Notes: generated by a model not told the origin, from the letters alone. A stretch of DNA of 64,000 nt from Gammaproteobacteria bacterium (GCA_965209035.1 OZ242372.1:1024001-1088000); one strand, 5' to 3'. Positions 30,186 through 40,603 are shown, numbered from the stretch's first letter. Numbers and translations are program-made.

Positions 30186-31855
30186 TATTTATTTTTTAAG
30201 TGAAAGATGATCTCGGCATATGCCCCCTTATCTTTTTCCGTCCTATTAAGAACGGGGCGTTTGTAGTGTCGCACGATACGCATTCCGGCTTTGTCGGCTA
30301 TGCCGGGATAAAGGCCGTACTTGTCGTTTGCCACAAAAAAAACATCAAAGTCGTCAGCCAGAAAGCGTTTGCAGTTGCTTAGAACCGCCGAGATGCCCTC
30401 CGCATAACTTGCGCGTGCCGCGCGCCCCTGCCCTTTGGCCATGGGACCGATCTCCATTGCATCCTTGCGCGCAAAACCAAACAGGTCGTATGCGTAAGCA
30501 TGCTGCTCATGATAATCTATCAGGCCGACATAAGGCGGGCTGGAAAAAATTCCTCTGATCTTTTTTGCCGAAATCCGGTCGTACAGGTCTCTGTTTTTGT
30601 TTTTCAGTAATTGCAAGAAATCCGGATCCCGCGCATCGGCGGCAACGCACAGCTGCATCGTTTCCGTCCGCAGTCCGTCAAACTCTTTCAACCTCTCCAA
30701 AGTATCCCGGGAATATCGGGTCCACCATTGCGATATGGAAAACAGCGGCTTACAAATCTTACCGTGCTTGGAGCAATAGTAGGTTTCGGTCACCGGTGAT
30801 TTCAAGGTCGCCAGGTCGGCGTGGGTGGTTGCGCGACAACTGCGCAGGGTGCGACTGAGTATGATCGCCAATACTCGCTTGGCGGGGGAATCTTCAAGTT
30901 CGCGAATTAACGCAAAAACAAAGTCTATCTCACGGCGCACCGGCAACAACAGCCATTTGTCCAAAAAAGTGGCACTCTGCGGTTGCCGAACTTGCAAACG
31001 ATATTTGGAAATCAGTCCATGGTAAATCTGTGCGAACTCTTTCTCCTTCGGGATGGCGTATTCTTTTTCGTTAAGTTCGCCGTTATGCAGTTTCATTCTG
31101 TATGCCGGTGCCGGAAAAAATCGTTGATTATAGTCGTTCAGGGCACTCAGCAATTCCGCTTCAAAGCGGGCATTTTCCGCGCCCGTCTCCGCCACAAACT
31201 CTTTGAGGGCGGCGGTAATCCGAGCCGTCTCATATGCCAGTTTATGAAAGTCGTAACGCCCGATCTTAACATTTGCGATGAAACTATTGAACGCCGACAA
31301 ATCCACACCCAGAGCGTGCATACCCATTTCGTTGGCTTGCACCAAAGTGGTTCCGCTGCCGCAGAACGGATCCAAAATGATATCCCCTTGCCGAAAAGGT
31401 GCCTCCTTTTTGAACTCGTCCGTCCGGGAACTTAAGAAATATTCCACCAGTTGCGGGATGAACTTCCCTTTGTAGGGATGCAGCCGATGCACATGTTTGG
31501 TCGTATCTTTTTCTCTGAGGCGATCAAACGAAAGATGCCAGTTGAGATCCTCGCCCAGTTTCTTTTTCCAGTCATCCGCACGGGAACCCGGCCCGATGCG
31601 GCCTTGGATGCGGCTTTGGTAGTAACTCGTCAGCTCCGTTTTGCACACCATGCGGATACCGTTAAAAATGTGCTTCCTGATGCGGCCGTATTGAATGAGA
31701 TACATAATATTGGCGGTAGAAATTTCTTTGCCCGCATACTCGGACGCCCAAAGACCCGCCTGCTCCAATGTCAGATAATCGCCCGCGGCGGTCCCAGGCC
31801 CTGTCGGCTGTTTTAGCGCCTCCTTCGTCCCCGTCATTTTAGCCATTTCCGTCAT
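30185..31855 (-). CDS. N4-cytosine DNA methyltransferase (alpha order, M.MjaII-like) with N-terminal HTH-like region
   Basis: VHRLHPYKGKFIPQL, LDPFCGSGTT, late FSSPPY; N-terminal LTLEQA..YLIQYGRI. Confidence 0.85.
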   Translation of the reverse strand: MTEMAKMTGTKEALKQPTGPGTAAGDYLTLEQAGLWASEYAGKEISTANIMYLIQYGRIRKHIFNGIRMVCKTELTSYYQSRIQGRIGPGSRADDWKKKLGEDLNWHLSFDRLREKDTTKHVHRLHPYKGKFIPQLVEYFLSSRTDEFKKEAPFRQGDIILDPFCGSGTTLVQANEMGMHALGVDLSAFNSFIANVKIGRYDFHKLAYETARITAALKEFVAETGAENARFEAELLSALNDYNQRFFPAPAYRMKLHNGELNEKEYAIPKEKEFAQIYHGLISKYRLQVRQPQSATFLDKWLLLPVRREIDFVFALIRELEDSPAKRVLAIILSRTLRSCRATTHADLATLKSPVTETYYCSKHGKICKPLFSISQWWTRYSRDTLERLKEFDGLRTETMQLCVAADARDPDFLQLLKNKNRDLYDRISAKKIRGIFSSPPYVGLIDYHEQHAYAYDLFGFARKDAMEIGPMAKGQGRAARASYAEGISAVLSNCKRFLADDFDVFFVANDKYGLYPGIADKAGMRIVRHYKRPVLNRTEKDKGAYAEIIFHLKNK

Positions 31856-31954
31856 TTGATTATTCTGTTATTTCCCGGTTACTTCCCGGTTATTTCCCGG
31901 TTATTTCCGGTTTATCTGTTATGTAGCACTTGAATGATACTGCCTGAACAGCGC

Positions 31955-34900
31955 CTATGCGGGCTTTTCTTCCCGCCGCAGGTCCTCGCTCAACTCAACC
32001 GCTTTTTCCAAGTCAACGGATACGGCGCGCGAGATGCCCGGTTCGGACATGGTAATGCCGAGCAACTGACGACAAGACTCCATCGTCAGTTTGTTATGGG
32101 TGATCAGAATAAACTGGGTGTCGCTGATCATCTCGTTGAGCATGCGGTTAAAACGCATCACATTCTCGTCGTCCAACATCGCATCCGCTTCGTCCATCAG
32201 GCAAAAAGGAGCCGGGTTGAGTTGAAAAATTGCGAGTATCAAAGCGATCGCTACCAAACTTTTTTCGCCGCCGGAAAGGAGACTGACGGATGTCCGTCTG
32301 CGCCCGGGCGGGCTGACCATAATGCGAATGCCGGGGGTCTTGTGTTCGTCCTCGGTTTTTTCTTCGGCAAGGTGTGCCTTGCCGCCATCCGACAGCCCGG
32401 CAAAAAGAATGCCAAAGTTTTTGTTGACTCTGCCCAGCGTATCCTCAAACCGGCGACGCGACTCCTTGTCAATGCGTTTAATCGCCCGTTCCAGGTCCTT
32501 TAACGCGGCGTTAATTTGTTGTGTTTCCGTTTGGATTTTTTCCAGCCGCTCTTTCTCTGTCTCGTAATCTCTCAGTGCCAACTGATTCACATCCCCCATG
32601 CGATCCAATTGCGATTGCAGCTGCTTTGTGCGGAACTTTAATTCCGTCAAGTTACCGCCGGGAGCCTGTTTTGATTTTGCCGCCAGGGCGGAACTTGTTA
32701 ACCGCGTGTTTTGATCCATCAGGTCTGTCAGTTGCAGGTTCAGTTGTTTGCCAAGATCGCGCGCATCTTCCATATCCCGTTGCAGCAGCGCGGTCTCTCG
32801 TTCCAGTTTGCTCAGCCGGTTTTGGGTAGCTTCTATTTTCTCGGTGATTTTTTCGCGCGCGGAACGCAGCGCGTTCAATCGTTCTTCCAATTCCGTCCGG
32901 TCGCTCCGTTTTTTTTCGGTGTCGCTTTCAATGCGACCCGCCTCCGCCGTTTCGGCGGTCAGTTTCTCCGCCAAAGCGGCCGCGGCAACCTCCAGCCGCT
33001 CCATTCGCTGCGTCTCCTGTCGGATATTTTTTTGCAAAAAGTTAATGCGCTCCGTCTGCGAGAAAACACCCTGGCGCAATTTTGTTGCCTGTTCGGCTTC
33101 CGCATCCCGACGATGACGCCGGCTTGCCTGCCGCCGGTTCACGCTCTCGCGTTCTTCCGCCAGTGCATCCCGTCTCTTTGTCAGGCGTTCCTGTCGGCGG
33201 GACAACTCCCCGAGCTCGGCTTTGAGGCGACGCAAACGCTCTTTCAAATCGGTGCGCTCCTCCCGTTGCCTGTTCCGTTCTTCGCTCTCAAGACGCAACT
33301 GCTCCTCGCGCCGCGCCTCTTGCTGACGCAGGCGACCTCTCTTTTCCGTTAACTCGGCAAACAGACGCGTCTCTTTGTCCAACTCGGCGCGCAGTTCGCG
33401 TTGTTTCTGTTGCAGACGATCGCGTTCCGCACGCGTCGTCTCCGCTTCTTTTTTTTGCCGTTCGGACTGCCTGAGAATTCTGAGTCTTTTTGCCTTGAGA
33501 TCCCTCAGTTCTTTTTGTTCCGCCAAGAAGCCGCTTTCGCTGCGCGCGCGCTCCCCGCTGCCGGTAAGAACCGCCCAATTATTTCCCAACCAATCGCCGC
33601 GAGATGTCAGGACACTCTCGTAATCTTTGAGACGGGAACGCAGACCGATTGCCTGTTCCAAACTGTCGCAAGTATAGACATAACGCAACAAAGAAGGAAC
33701 GGTGCCGCGCTGCACCAAATCCGCCGCGGTCTGCCGTTCCTTTTTGGCAGCCGCCCGAGTTATCCCCCCGGCTGCCGCAACTTCAATTAATGCAAACGAA
33801 ACCGTCTCTTCTTCCTTAAAAAACGAACGCAATGTCTTATCCAAATCGTCCGTTTTGTAGGCATTCAACAGGCGACTCGCAACCAGATCCAACGCCCTTT
33901 CCCAGCCGGGACGCACTCTGACAGTGTCCGTCCCTTTCAAAAAGAGCGCGTGCCGGGGTGCCGACGGTACGGAGACATGTAGTCCGCCGGACGATTTTCC
34001 CCCCGCACGCGCATGCAATCGTGCCGCCAGTGCTTTTGTTGCGGCTTCAATTCCCGCGAGTTCGCGCGCGCCTTTCTCGCTCTCGGCGCGCACGGCTTCG
34101 TATGTCCGGCCGGCAACGACCAGACGTTCTTCCAGCCCGGCCAGGGCTTCCCGGATTTCCGCGGTCCGTCTTCCCGCAGCGGTCAGTTGCTTTTCCGCCA
34201 GCTCCGTTTCCGTTTTTTGTTCGGCGACAATGACTCGTTTGGGAGCATCATCCAATCGTTGCAACCTTGCCGTCATTTCTTCCTGTTCGCGCCGGCATCT
34301 TGCCCGCTCGGTTTCGGCGCGCACCGTGTCGCCCGCCACCTCTTCCCAAAGTTGGTTTAACTCACCCAGGCGTTCTTCGGCGCGGTTCTCTTCGGCGCGC
34401 AAATTGCTGCCGCCCGCTGCCGGTTTTACTCCCCGCTCCAATTCGGCGCGGAGCTTGTCTCTCTCCGCCAACGCTGTCTCCAGTTCCTTTTTTTCCGTTT
34501 CAATGTTCGCCCGCAATTTTTGGGCTTCCTCGCGCAGGTCTTTGGATTCTTTGTCGCGCTCGGGCAGTTGCCCCCGGAGAATTTCCAACCGACTCTCACC
34601 GCTGCCGACATTGTGTGTCATCTCATTAAAGGATTGCGTCCATTCCGTTATGGTCGCATCCGTCTGCCGCAGTTCCAGTTGCAATTTTTGTTTTTCGCCC
34701 AACAACTGCGCCTGCTCGTCTTTGCGGGCGTTTATTTTTTGTAATGCTCGCTCTTCTTCGGCTTCCTTGCTTTGCCGTTTTGCGGTCAAATCCGCATACC
34801 TTGCCACCGTCAGCATCTCGCGGGCTTCCTTCAATTGGTCGCGCAATGCCGACACCCTTTTGGCATCTTCGGCTTGCTTTTGCAATTCTCGCATCCGGCG

Positions 34901-35509
34901 CTCGCTGTCCTGTTTGACCAGGGTTGCCTGTTTCAGATTCACCCGGGTTGTTTTAATCCGCGTCAGTGTCTCCTTGCGTTTTTGCAAGTAGTGCGTAATA
35001 TCGGCCGCCTCTTCCAACAAAGAACGAATATGTTCCGGCTTGCTTTCGGCAATGTTATGCACAGAACCTTGGGTGACAATTGCATAATCCGCTTTGCCGG
35101 TCAATCCCATACCGGCAAAAAGACCGGCGATATCCATTCGCCGACACGCCGTATTGTCTATGTAGTATTTGGAATCCCGCTCGCGTTCCAGAGTGCGGCG
35201 AATCCGAATGCTCTTTTGTTTCGCATGCTTTGCCCCCAACTGTTTCAGATCGCCGGCAAACACCATCTCCACCGAAGCGCGACCGGCCGGCGGCTCGTTC
35301 TCCGAGCCGTTAAAAATAACATCACCCAAAGAATCGCCGCGCAGCCCGCTTGCCGAACTCTCGCCCAGTACCCACCGAATGGCATCTATGATGTTGGACT
35401 TGCCGCAGCCGTTCGGACCCACCAAGCCGACCCGATCGGACGGAAAATTCAACGCAATCGGACGAGAGAAGGACTTAAACCCGGCAAGTTTGACAGACTG
35501 TAATCGCAC
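31955..35509 (-). CDS. smc: Chromosome segregation protein SMC
   Basis: GFKSF, GPNGCGKSN, long coiled coils around a hinge, LLSGGEK, PAPFCLMDEADA.LD, ITH. Confidence 0.96.
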   Translation of the reverse strand: MRLQSVKLAGFKSFSRPIALNFPSDRVGLVGPNGCGKSNIIDAIRWVLGESSASGLRGDSLGDVIFNGSENEPPAGRASVEMVFAGDLKQLGAKHAKQKSIRIRRTLERERDSKYYIDNTACRRMDIAGLFAGMGLTGKADYAIVTQGSVHNIAESKPEHIRSLLEEAADITHYLQKRKETLTRIKTTRVNLKQATLVKQDSERRMRELQKQAEDAKRVSALRDQLKEAREMLTVARYADLTAKRQSKEAEEERALQKINARKDEQAQLLGEKQKLQLELRQTDATITEWTQSFNEMTHNVGSGESRLEILRGQLPERDKESKDLREEAQKLRANIETEKKELETALAERDKLRAELERGVKPAAGGSNLRAEENRAEERLGELNQLWEEVAGDTVRAETERARCRREQEEMTARLQRLDDAPKRVIVAEQKTETELAEKQLTAAGRRTAEIREALAGLEERLVVAGRTYEAVRAESEKGARELAGIEAATKALAARLHARAGGKSSGGLHVSVPSAPRHALFLKGTDTVRVRPGWERALDLVASRLLNAYKTDDLDKTLRSFFKEEETVSFALIEVAAAGGITRAAAKKERQTAADLVQRGTVPSLLRYVYTCDSLEQAIGLRSRLKDYESVLTSRGDWLGNNWAVLTGSGERARSESGFLAEQKELRDLKAKRLRILRQSERQKKEAETTRAERDRLQQKQRELRAELDKETRLFAELTEKRGRLRQQEARREEQLRLESEERNRQREERTDLKERLRRLKAELGELSRRQERLTKRRDALAEERESVNRRQASRRHRRDAEAEQATKLRQGVFSQTERINFLQKNIRQETQRMERLEVAAAALAEKLTAETAEAGRIESDTEKKRSDRTELEERLNALRSAREKITEKIEATQNRLSKLERETALLQRDMEDARDLGKQLNLQLTDLMDQNTRLTSSALAAKSKQAPGGNLTELKFRTKQLQSQLDRMGDVNQLALRDYETEKERLEKIQTETQQINAALKDLERAIKRIDKESRRRFEDTLGRVNKNFGILFAGLSDGGKAHLAEEKTEDEHKTPGIRIMVSPPGRRRTSVSLLSGGEKSLVAIALILAIFQLNPAPFCLMDEADAMLDDENVMRFNRMLNEMISDTQFILITHNKLTMESCRQLLGITMSEPGISRAVSVDLEKAVELSEDLRREEKPA

Positions 35510-35512
35510 GCC

Positions 35513-36247
35513 TCAGACCTCTTTTGTCGCCCGCACGGGTTGCGCCGGTTGCGCCGGTTGCATCAATTGACTGTGGATTTCGCCTGTTCTGTCCCGCAGT
35601 TGTTCGCGACTGCCGTTGTTATCCAAAACAAAATCCGCACGACGACGCCTTTCCGCTTCGGGCATCTGGAAATCCAAAATCTTTTCCGTCAATTCCTGTG
35701 TCATCCCGTCTCTTTGCATGGCACGCCGCATGCGCGTGTCTCTTTTTGTTTCCATGACAATGATCTTGTCGCAAAAATCCGCTTGGCGTGTCTCCAAAAG
35801 AATCGGCGACACCAAAAGAATGTAAGGCGGGTGTTGTTTGGCGGCCCGTTCAATGCCAAGCCGCAGCTCCGCTTCAATCAAAGGATGCAGGAATGCTTCG
35901 AGTTTTTGTTTGGCCGCCGAGTCCGAAAAAATGTGTTCGCGCAGGGCCCGCCTGTCGGGGGAACCGTCCGGACGGACAAAGCCCTTGCCAAAAAGACTCG
36001 CGAGAGCGGCCGCACCGGGTGTGCCGGGCGCGGTCAGGGCGCGACTCACCCTATCCGCATCTATCACGGCAACGCCGTGTTCGGCAAAGTAAGAGGCCGC
36101 CAGATCCTTCCCGCAGGCAATTCCGCCGGTGAGACCGAAAACAGGCGGGCGTTCTTCGGCCGCATGATCCTCCGTTGTGTGTCGCATATCTTTGCTTCCT
36201 TTCTCCTGCCTCTGCGCTTTCGCCGGCGCTTTCACCTTCGCTTTCAC
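35513..36247 (-). CDS. coaE: Dephospho-CoA kinase
   Basis: GLTGGIACGK, IDAD, DRRALR..IF, LHP.I, ADFVLDNNG; GTG at 36247 overlaps the pilD stop (alternative ATG at 36187). Confidence 0.93.
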   Translation of the reverse strand: MKAKVKAPAKAQRQEKGSKDMRHTTEDHAAEERPPVFGLTGGIACGKDLAASYFAEHGVAVIDADRVSRALTAPGTPGAAALASLFGKGFVRPDGSPDRRALREHIFSDSAAKQKLEAFLHPLIEAELRLGIERAAKQHPPYILLVSPILLETRQADFCDKIIVMETKRDTRMRRAMQRDGMTQELTEKILDFQMPEAERRRRADFVLDNNGSREQLRDRTGEIHSQLMQPAQPAQPVRATKEV

Positions 36248-37125
36248 AGGGCAATAAAATTCCACCCGTTCCAAAATGTCGCATTTACAAACGGGTAGAT
36301 CGCGCCGGCAAACGCAAGATGCGGCCCCCAAGGCAAGGAGCGAATCCGGGAACGCTTAAACAGAAAAAGCAACCCTGCGAGAAAACAACCGCTCAAAGAA
36401 GCTGTCAACACGATGGGCAGGAGTGCCTGCCAACCAAAATAGGCGGCCAAAGCGGCAAATAATTTCATATCGCCTCCGCCCAAACCTTCTTGCTTGCGCA
36501 ATAACCTATAGCACCAATTGACCGCCGCCAAAAACAAATAACCGCCGGTCGCTCCCCAGACAGCCGACTGCAACGGCACCCAAACGCCAAAACTGTTCAC
36601 CAGCAGGCCAAGCCAAAGAAGTGTCAGCGTGATCCGATCCGGCAGCAGACCGTGCCGCCAATCTATGACCGCCAAGGCAAACAGCCCCCACAGCAACGGC
36701 AGCAGCGTCGCCGTCTGCGCGGTCGCACCCCAAACCGCCCCGCAAACCAACGCAAGAAAAAGACATACAATCTCGGTTAGCGGATACAGGGTTGCAATCG
36801 GTTCGCGACAGGACGCGCATCGCCCGCCCGCAAGGAGATAGCCCAGCAACGGGATGTTGTGTTTGAAGGGGATTCGGTTCTTACAATGCGGGCAGTGCGA
36901 AGCGGGCAATGTCAACGAAAGATCCGCCGCCCCCGGCGCAATGAACTGCACCATTAGCGGAAGGCGGTAAATGAGCGTGGTGCAGAAACTTCCCGCAAGA
37001 AGTCCCGCAAGAGTGAGTTGCCCGAACAAAAACCAAGGAAGTTGTGAGACAGCCGCATAAGTTTTAAGAGTTTCCGGGATGCCAAGAACTTCAAGGACTT
37101 CAAAGATGTCAAACAAACTATGCAC
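36244..37125 (-). CDS. pilD: Prepilin peptidase
   Basis: GSF..YRLP, SHCPHC, NIPLLGYL..GRCASC, IDW..LPD, GLGGGDMKL, PWGP. Confidence 0.93.
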   Translation of the reverse strand: MHSLFDIFEVLEVLGIPETLKTYAAVSQLPWFLFGQLTLAGLLAGSFCTTLIYRLPLMVQFIAPGAADLSLTLPASHCPHCKNRIPFKHNIPLLGYLLAGGRCASCREPIATLYPLTEIVCLFLALVCGAVWGATAQTATLLPLLWGLFALAVIDWRHGLLPDRITLTLLWLGLLVNSFGVWVPLQSAVWGATGGYLFLAAVNWCYRLLRKQEGLGGGDMKLFAALAAYFGWQALLPIVLTASLSGCFLAGLLFLFKRSRIRSLPWGPHLAFAGAIYPFVNATFWNGWNFIAL

Positions 37126-37136
37126 GCCGTCGGGTG

Positions 37137-38015
37137 TTACAGAAGGTTGCGCATCTTACCGGCATATTGAATCGCATTGGCATACTTGCCGGGGTCGCCG
37201 CAATCAAAATGTGGCTCCTTGACCTTGTAGGCAAGAATGCGCTCGTTGCGATTTTGTTCTATCAAGGCATCCGTCAGTTGAATTTCGCCGCCGGCACCCA
37301 CTTTCAATTTTTTCAGATAATCAAAAATTGTCGGCACTAGGATATATCTGCCGATAATCGCCAGGTTACTCGGAGCCTTGCCGGCATCCGGTTTTTCCAC
37401 CAAAGAGCGCACATCCATCAAATCCTCGTCAATCGCCTCACCGTCTATAATGCCATACTTGGAAATGTCTTCCGCAGGCACCTCCGCCGTCGCCAGAATG
37501 GTGCATCTGTGCTTTTCGTAGAGTTTGACCATTTCCGCCAAGACGCGAACCTCGTTCCGCTTGCCGGGATTTGCCGACACCGGGCCGTCGCCAAAAAACA
37601 GGTCGTCCGCCAAACAGACGGCAAACGCATGGCTTTCCACATAATGCCGGGCGGTCAAAATCGCATGGCCCAGCCCATTAATTTCGCCCTGGCGAATATA
37701 AGAGAAGATGCAGTTTTGCAGCAGGTTGCGAATCTCGTTCAACCGCCACTCCACCTTGCCTCCTTTAATATGGTTTTCCAATTCCACATTAATGTCAAAG
37801 TAATTGACTATCGATTCTTTGTTTCTGCCGACAATAAACATCATATCCCGGATACCCGCCGTATAGGCCTCTTCCACGCCGTAATGAATTAATGGCTTGT
37901 CAATGATCGGCAGCATTTCCTTCGGACTGGATTTTGTCACAGGCAAAAAACGCGTTCCGTAGCCGGCGGCCGGGAACAGGCATTTGAAGATCCCACTGTC
38001 TTGTTTTTTATTCAT
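37137..38015 (-). CDS. galU: UTP--glucose-1-phosphate uridylyltransferase
   Basis: PAAGYGTRFLP.TK..PKEMLP, GLGHA, VEKP, GEIQLTDA. Confidence 0.96.
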   Translation of the reverse strand: MNKKQDSGIFKCLFPAAGYGTRFLPVTKSSPKEMLPIIDKPLIHYGVEEAYTAGIRDMMFIVGRNKESIVNYFDINVELENHIKGGKVEWRLNEIRNLLQNCIFSYIRQGEINGLGHAILTARHYVESHAFAVCLADDLFFGDGPVSANPGKRNEVRVLAEMVKLYEKHRCTILATAEVPAEDISKYGIIDGEAIDEDLMDVRSLVEKPDAGKAPSNLAIIGRYILVPTIFDYLKKLKVGAGGEIQLTDALIEQNRNERILAYKVKEPHFDCGDPGKYANAIQYAGKMRNLL

Positions 38016-39016
38016 TTTGTGTTGTCTCTCATTATTTTAGTCAATTTATTTTTTCCAAAACCCGAAGGAAGCGGCGCAACGAATGTCCGTTTCGGCAAAT
38101 CCAAGGCGGGCGGTAGTTTAATTTTATGGCAATGCAAGGCAAAGAAATTCCCGCGTGCCTTAAAATCAAAATCAAAATCCGAATCGGCAACAAAAGTGTA
38201 CTTGTGATCGCCGATAATCGGATAGCCGGCGAACGCGCACTGGCTGCGGATTTGATGCGTTCTGCCGGTCCGCAGTTCGGCTTCCAACAGCGAAAAATTG
38301 TCGCCCGTTGCCAACAGTCGGAAGTGCGTGATTGCCTGTTTGCCGCCTTGCTCGGCTGCCATCGGTCGGACAATATGCTCGCCGCCCGTCCGCGTCTTGC
38401 CGACAGTGCCGGTCAACACACTCAGATGCGGCGGCCAGTTACCGCACACCGCCAAACGATAGATTTTTTGACAATCCGCATCATGCCAGCGGGCTTGCAC
38501 GCTCTTTTTGAGATCCGCCCCTTGGACCGCCAACAGGCAACCCGTCGTTTCTTTGTCCAGTCGGTAAACCAGATGCCAGTTGCCCTCATCCCCGACCGGC
38601 GGGTAAAGATGATTTAACGCCTCGATGATACCGGCATGCTCGCCGGTACCGCCGTGCACACTTTTGCCGGCCGGCTTGTTCAATGCAATCAGCCGCTCAG
38701 CGCGATAAAAAATGGCACGCTCGGTGGCGGCACACAGCTCGGCGGAAGGGGCTCGTTTTTTATCGTTTATTCCCCGGGCGACGCGCACAGGCGGGACACG
38801 CACCCTGTCGCCGGCGGCAATGCGGTAATCCTGTTTGGCGCGCCGACTGTTGACACGCACTTGCCCTGCGCGAATCAACTTATACATGTGCGAACGCGGA
38901 ACACCCTTGACAAAAGACAACAGGAAGTTGTCCAGCCGCCTGCCCGCGTGTTCGGCGGTTGCGGTCAGGTAGGTTACTGTTACTTTATCTTGCGGCATGC
39001 TGTTATTTTTACTCAT
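38012..39016 (-). CDS. rluC: 23S rRNA pseudouridine synthase RluC-like (S4 + RluA domain)
   Basis: RLDNFL..VPRS..IRAGQVRVN, NKPAG..VHGG, YRLDKETTG, TGRTHQIR, IIGD.KY. Confidence 0.88.
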   Translation of the reverse strand: MSKNNSMPQDKVTVTYLTATAEHAGRRLDNFLLSFVKGVPRSHMYKLIRAGQVRVNSRRAKQDYRIAAGDRVRVPPVRVARGINDKKRAPSAELCAATERAIFYRAERLIALNKPAGKSVHGGTGEHAGIIEALNHLYPPVGDEGNWHLVYRLDKETTGCLLAVQGADLKKSVQARWHDADCQKIYRLAVCGNWPPHLSVLTGTVGKTRTGGEHIVRPMAAEQGGKQAITHFRLLATGDNFSLLEAELRTGRTHQIRSQCAFAGYPIIGDHKYTFVADSDFDFDFKARGNFFALHCHKIKLPPALDLPKRTFVAPLPSGFGKNKLTKIMRDNTK

Positions 39017-39157
39017 CTTCTTTTATCCCCGCTATTCGTTAATGAATGAATGAATAAATGACTAATGCGCCTCAAAAAAATGCGAGAGCATCGATAGCAT
39101 GGAAAGCATGGAAAGCATCGAGAACATAAAGTGCTAAAATAAATCGTGTCCGTTACT

Positions 39158-39385
39158 ATGCAAAAAATTCCGCGCAAATACACCCCTCTGCTATTCGCTC
39201 TGTTCATGGCACTCGTGATGGGGTTTGTGATGTCGTTCTTTATGACCGCGGTTAATGTCGGACTGACCGCGGGCTTTGTTCTTGCCTGGATGCGCGCTTT
39301 CGGCGTCGGCTGCATCATCGGCATTCCCATCGCCCTGGTCGTGGGGCCGCTTGTCAACCGATTGGTGCGCGGCATCACTTCCTGA
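39158..39385 (+). CDS. Small two-TM membrane protein (DUF2798-like)
   Basis: IPRKY..LFALFMALVM...MS..GL..GF...W...F pattern. Confidence 0.7.
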   Translation: MQKIPRKYTPLLFALFMALVMGFVMSFFMTAVNVGLTAGFVLAWMRAFGVGCIIGIPIALVVGPLVNRLVRGITS

Positions 39386-39416
39386 CGCGTCTCCTGCCAT
39401 AATCGCAAGAATTGTA

Positions 39417-39833
39417 TTGGCTGACTTCCTCCGCAATCTTCTTCTGGTCGCAGCCGGCGGCGCTCTCGGCAGTGCGGCACGCTATTTGTGTCTCCTCGCC
39501 GGGGCACAACTCGGCTGGTCGGCCGCATGGTCTGTGGCGGTCATTAATTTGGGAGGATCCTTTGCCCTAGGGTCTCTTGTCCCTCTTGTCTCTCTCGTCG
39601 GCTACGCACCCAAGTTGTTGTCGCCGGGAGGCTCACAGGGTGTCTGGCTGTTTCTTGCCGTGGGGGTTCTCGGCGGCTATACCACATTTAGTGCCTTCAG
39701 TCTCAATCTGATGGAAACGCTGCAACGCGGTGAGACCCTTCAAGTGCTGTTCAATATCGTCGGCTCGGTAATCGGCGGCATGCTCTGCGCCTTTCTCGGT
39801 TTTTACCTGACGAGCGGCCTGCTCAAAGTTTGA
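39417..39833 (+). CDS. crcB: Fluoride channel CrcB/FluC
   Basis: GGALGSAARY, INLGGSF, GVLGGYTTFSAF; TTG start. Confidence 0.92.
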   Translation: MADFLRNLLLVAAGGALGSAARYLCLLAGAQLGWSAAWSVAVINLGGSFALGSLVPLVSLVGYAPKLLSPGGSQGVWLFLAVGVLGGYTTFSAFSLNLMETLQRGETLQVLFNIVGSVIGGMLCAFLGFYLTSGLLKV

Positions 39834-39861
39834 GCCAATTTTTGGGCTGCGTCCAACCCGC

Positions 39862-40047
39862 TTATCGGTCTGTCAGGATGTACGTGTTGACATCCATGTA
39901 TCGGTTGATCTCCGCAGGATCTGTGTTAGTCAAAAGGGTTGCCCCCCAAAATAACACCATCACCAACAGAAAGAACAAGGCATAAAAATATCTGCCGAAC
40001 GGAGTGCGGTTGGTCCGGGTTTTCTTTGTCATCCTGCTCTTTGTCAT
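39862..40047 (-). CDS. Hypothetical small single-TM protein
   Basis: CAGGATG start context, basic N-terminus followed by a hydrophobic helix. Confidence 0.45.
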   Translation of the reverse strand: MTKSRMTKKTRTNRTPFGRYFYALFFLLVMVLFWGATLLTNTDPAEINRYMDVNTYILTDR

Positions 40048-40216
40048 CCTGTTATTTTAATACAAGTCGGTTTATTTCGCAACAGAGGGCATGATCCCAC
40101 CCGGTTCCGGACCTCCGGTGTTTTTGTCCGAATTGAAATGACGAGAGTTGTTTGTGTTTGCGGGCATGGGAGACTTTCAAAGATGATGCCAAAAAAAGTT
40201 CAACTGCCACACTCAC

Positions 40217-40458
40217 AGAAGCGGATATTCTCGCTCGCAATCGTCGCTTGCCGGGCAGCGGCATCTTAAAAAAAGACAACCGAACGGGGCAAAAAAAGAG
40301 GGCTTACATTTTTATTAATCAATTACACTTAACTTTTTAGTAGCAGATATTCCGGCTCGCAATCGTCGCTTGCCGGGCAGCGGCATCTTAAAAAAAGACA
40401 ACCGAACGGGGAATAAGGGCTTACATTTTTATTAATCAATTACACTTAACTTTTTAGT
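40217..40458. repeat. Intergenic tandem duplication, ~120 bp x2
   Basis: GCTCGCAATCGTCGCTTGCCGGGCAGCGGCATCTTAAAAAAAGACAACCGAACGGGG..TTACACTTAACTTTTTAGTA present twice. Confidence 0.9.
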
Positions 40459-40603
40459 ATTAGCCCAACCCCGTCCGGTTGTCCGCATAATCGTTTCAAT
40501 TTATTTTACGGGCTTGTCGGGCTTTATGCACAGACCAAGCCCCGATATTTCGTATTTCGAATATTTCGAATATTTCGAAGCCGTTTAGTGATTCGTGATT
40601 CGG

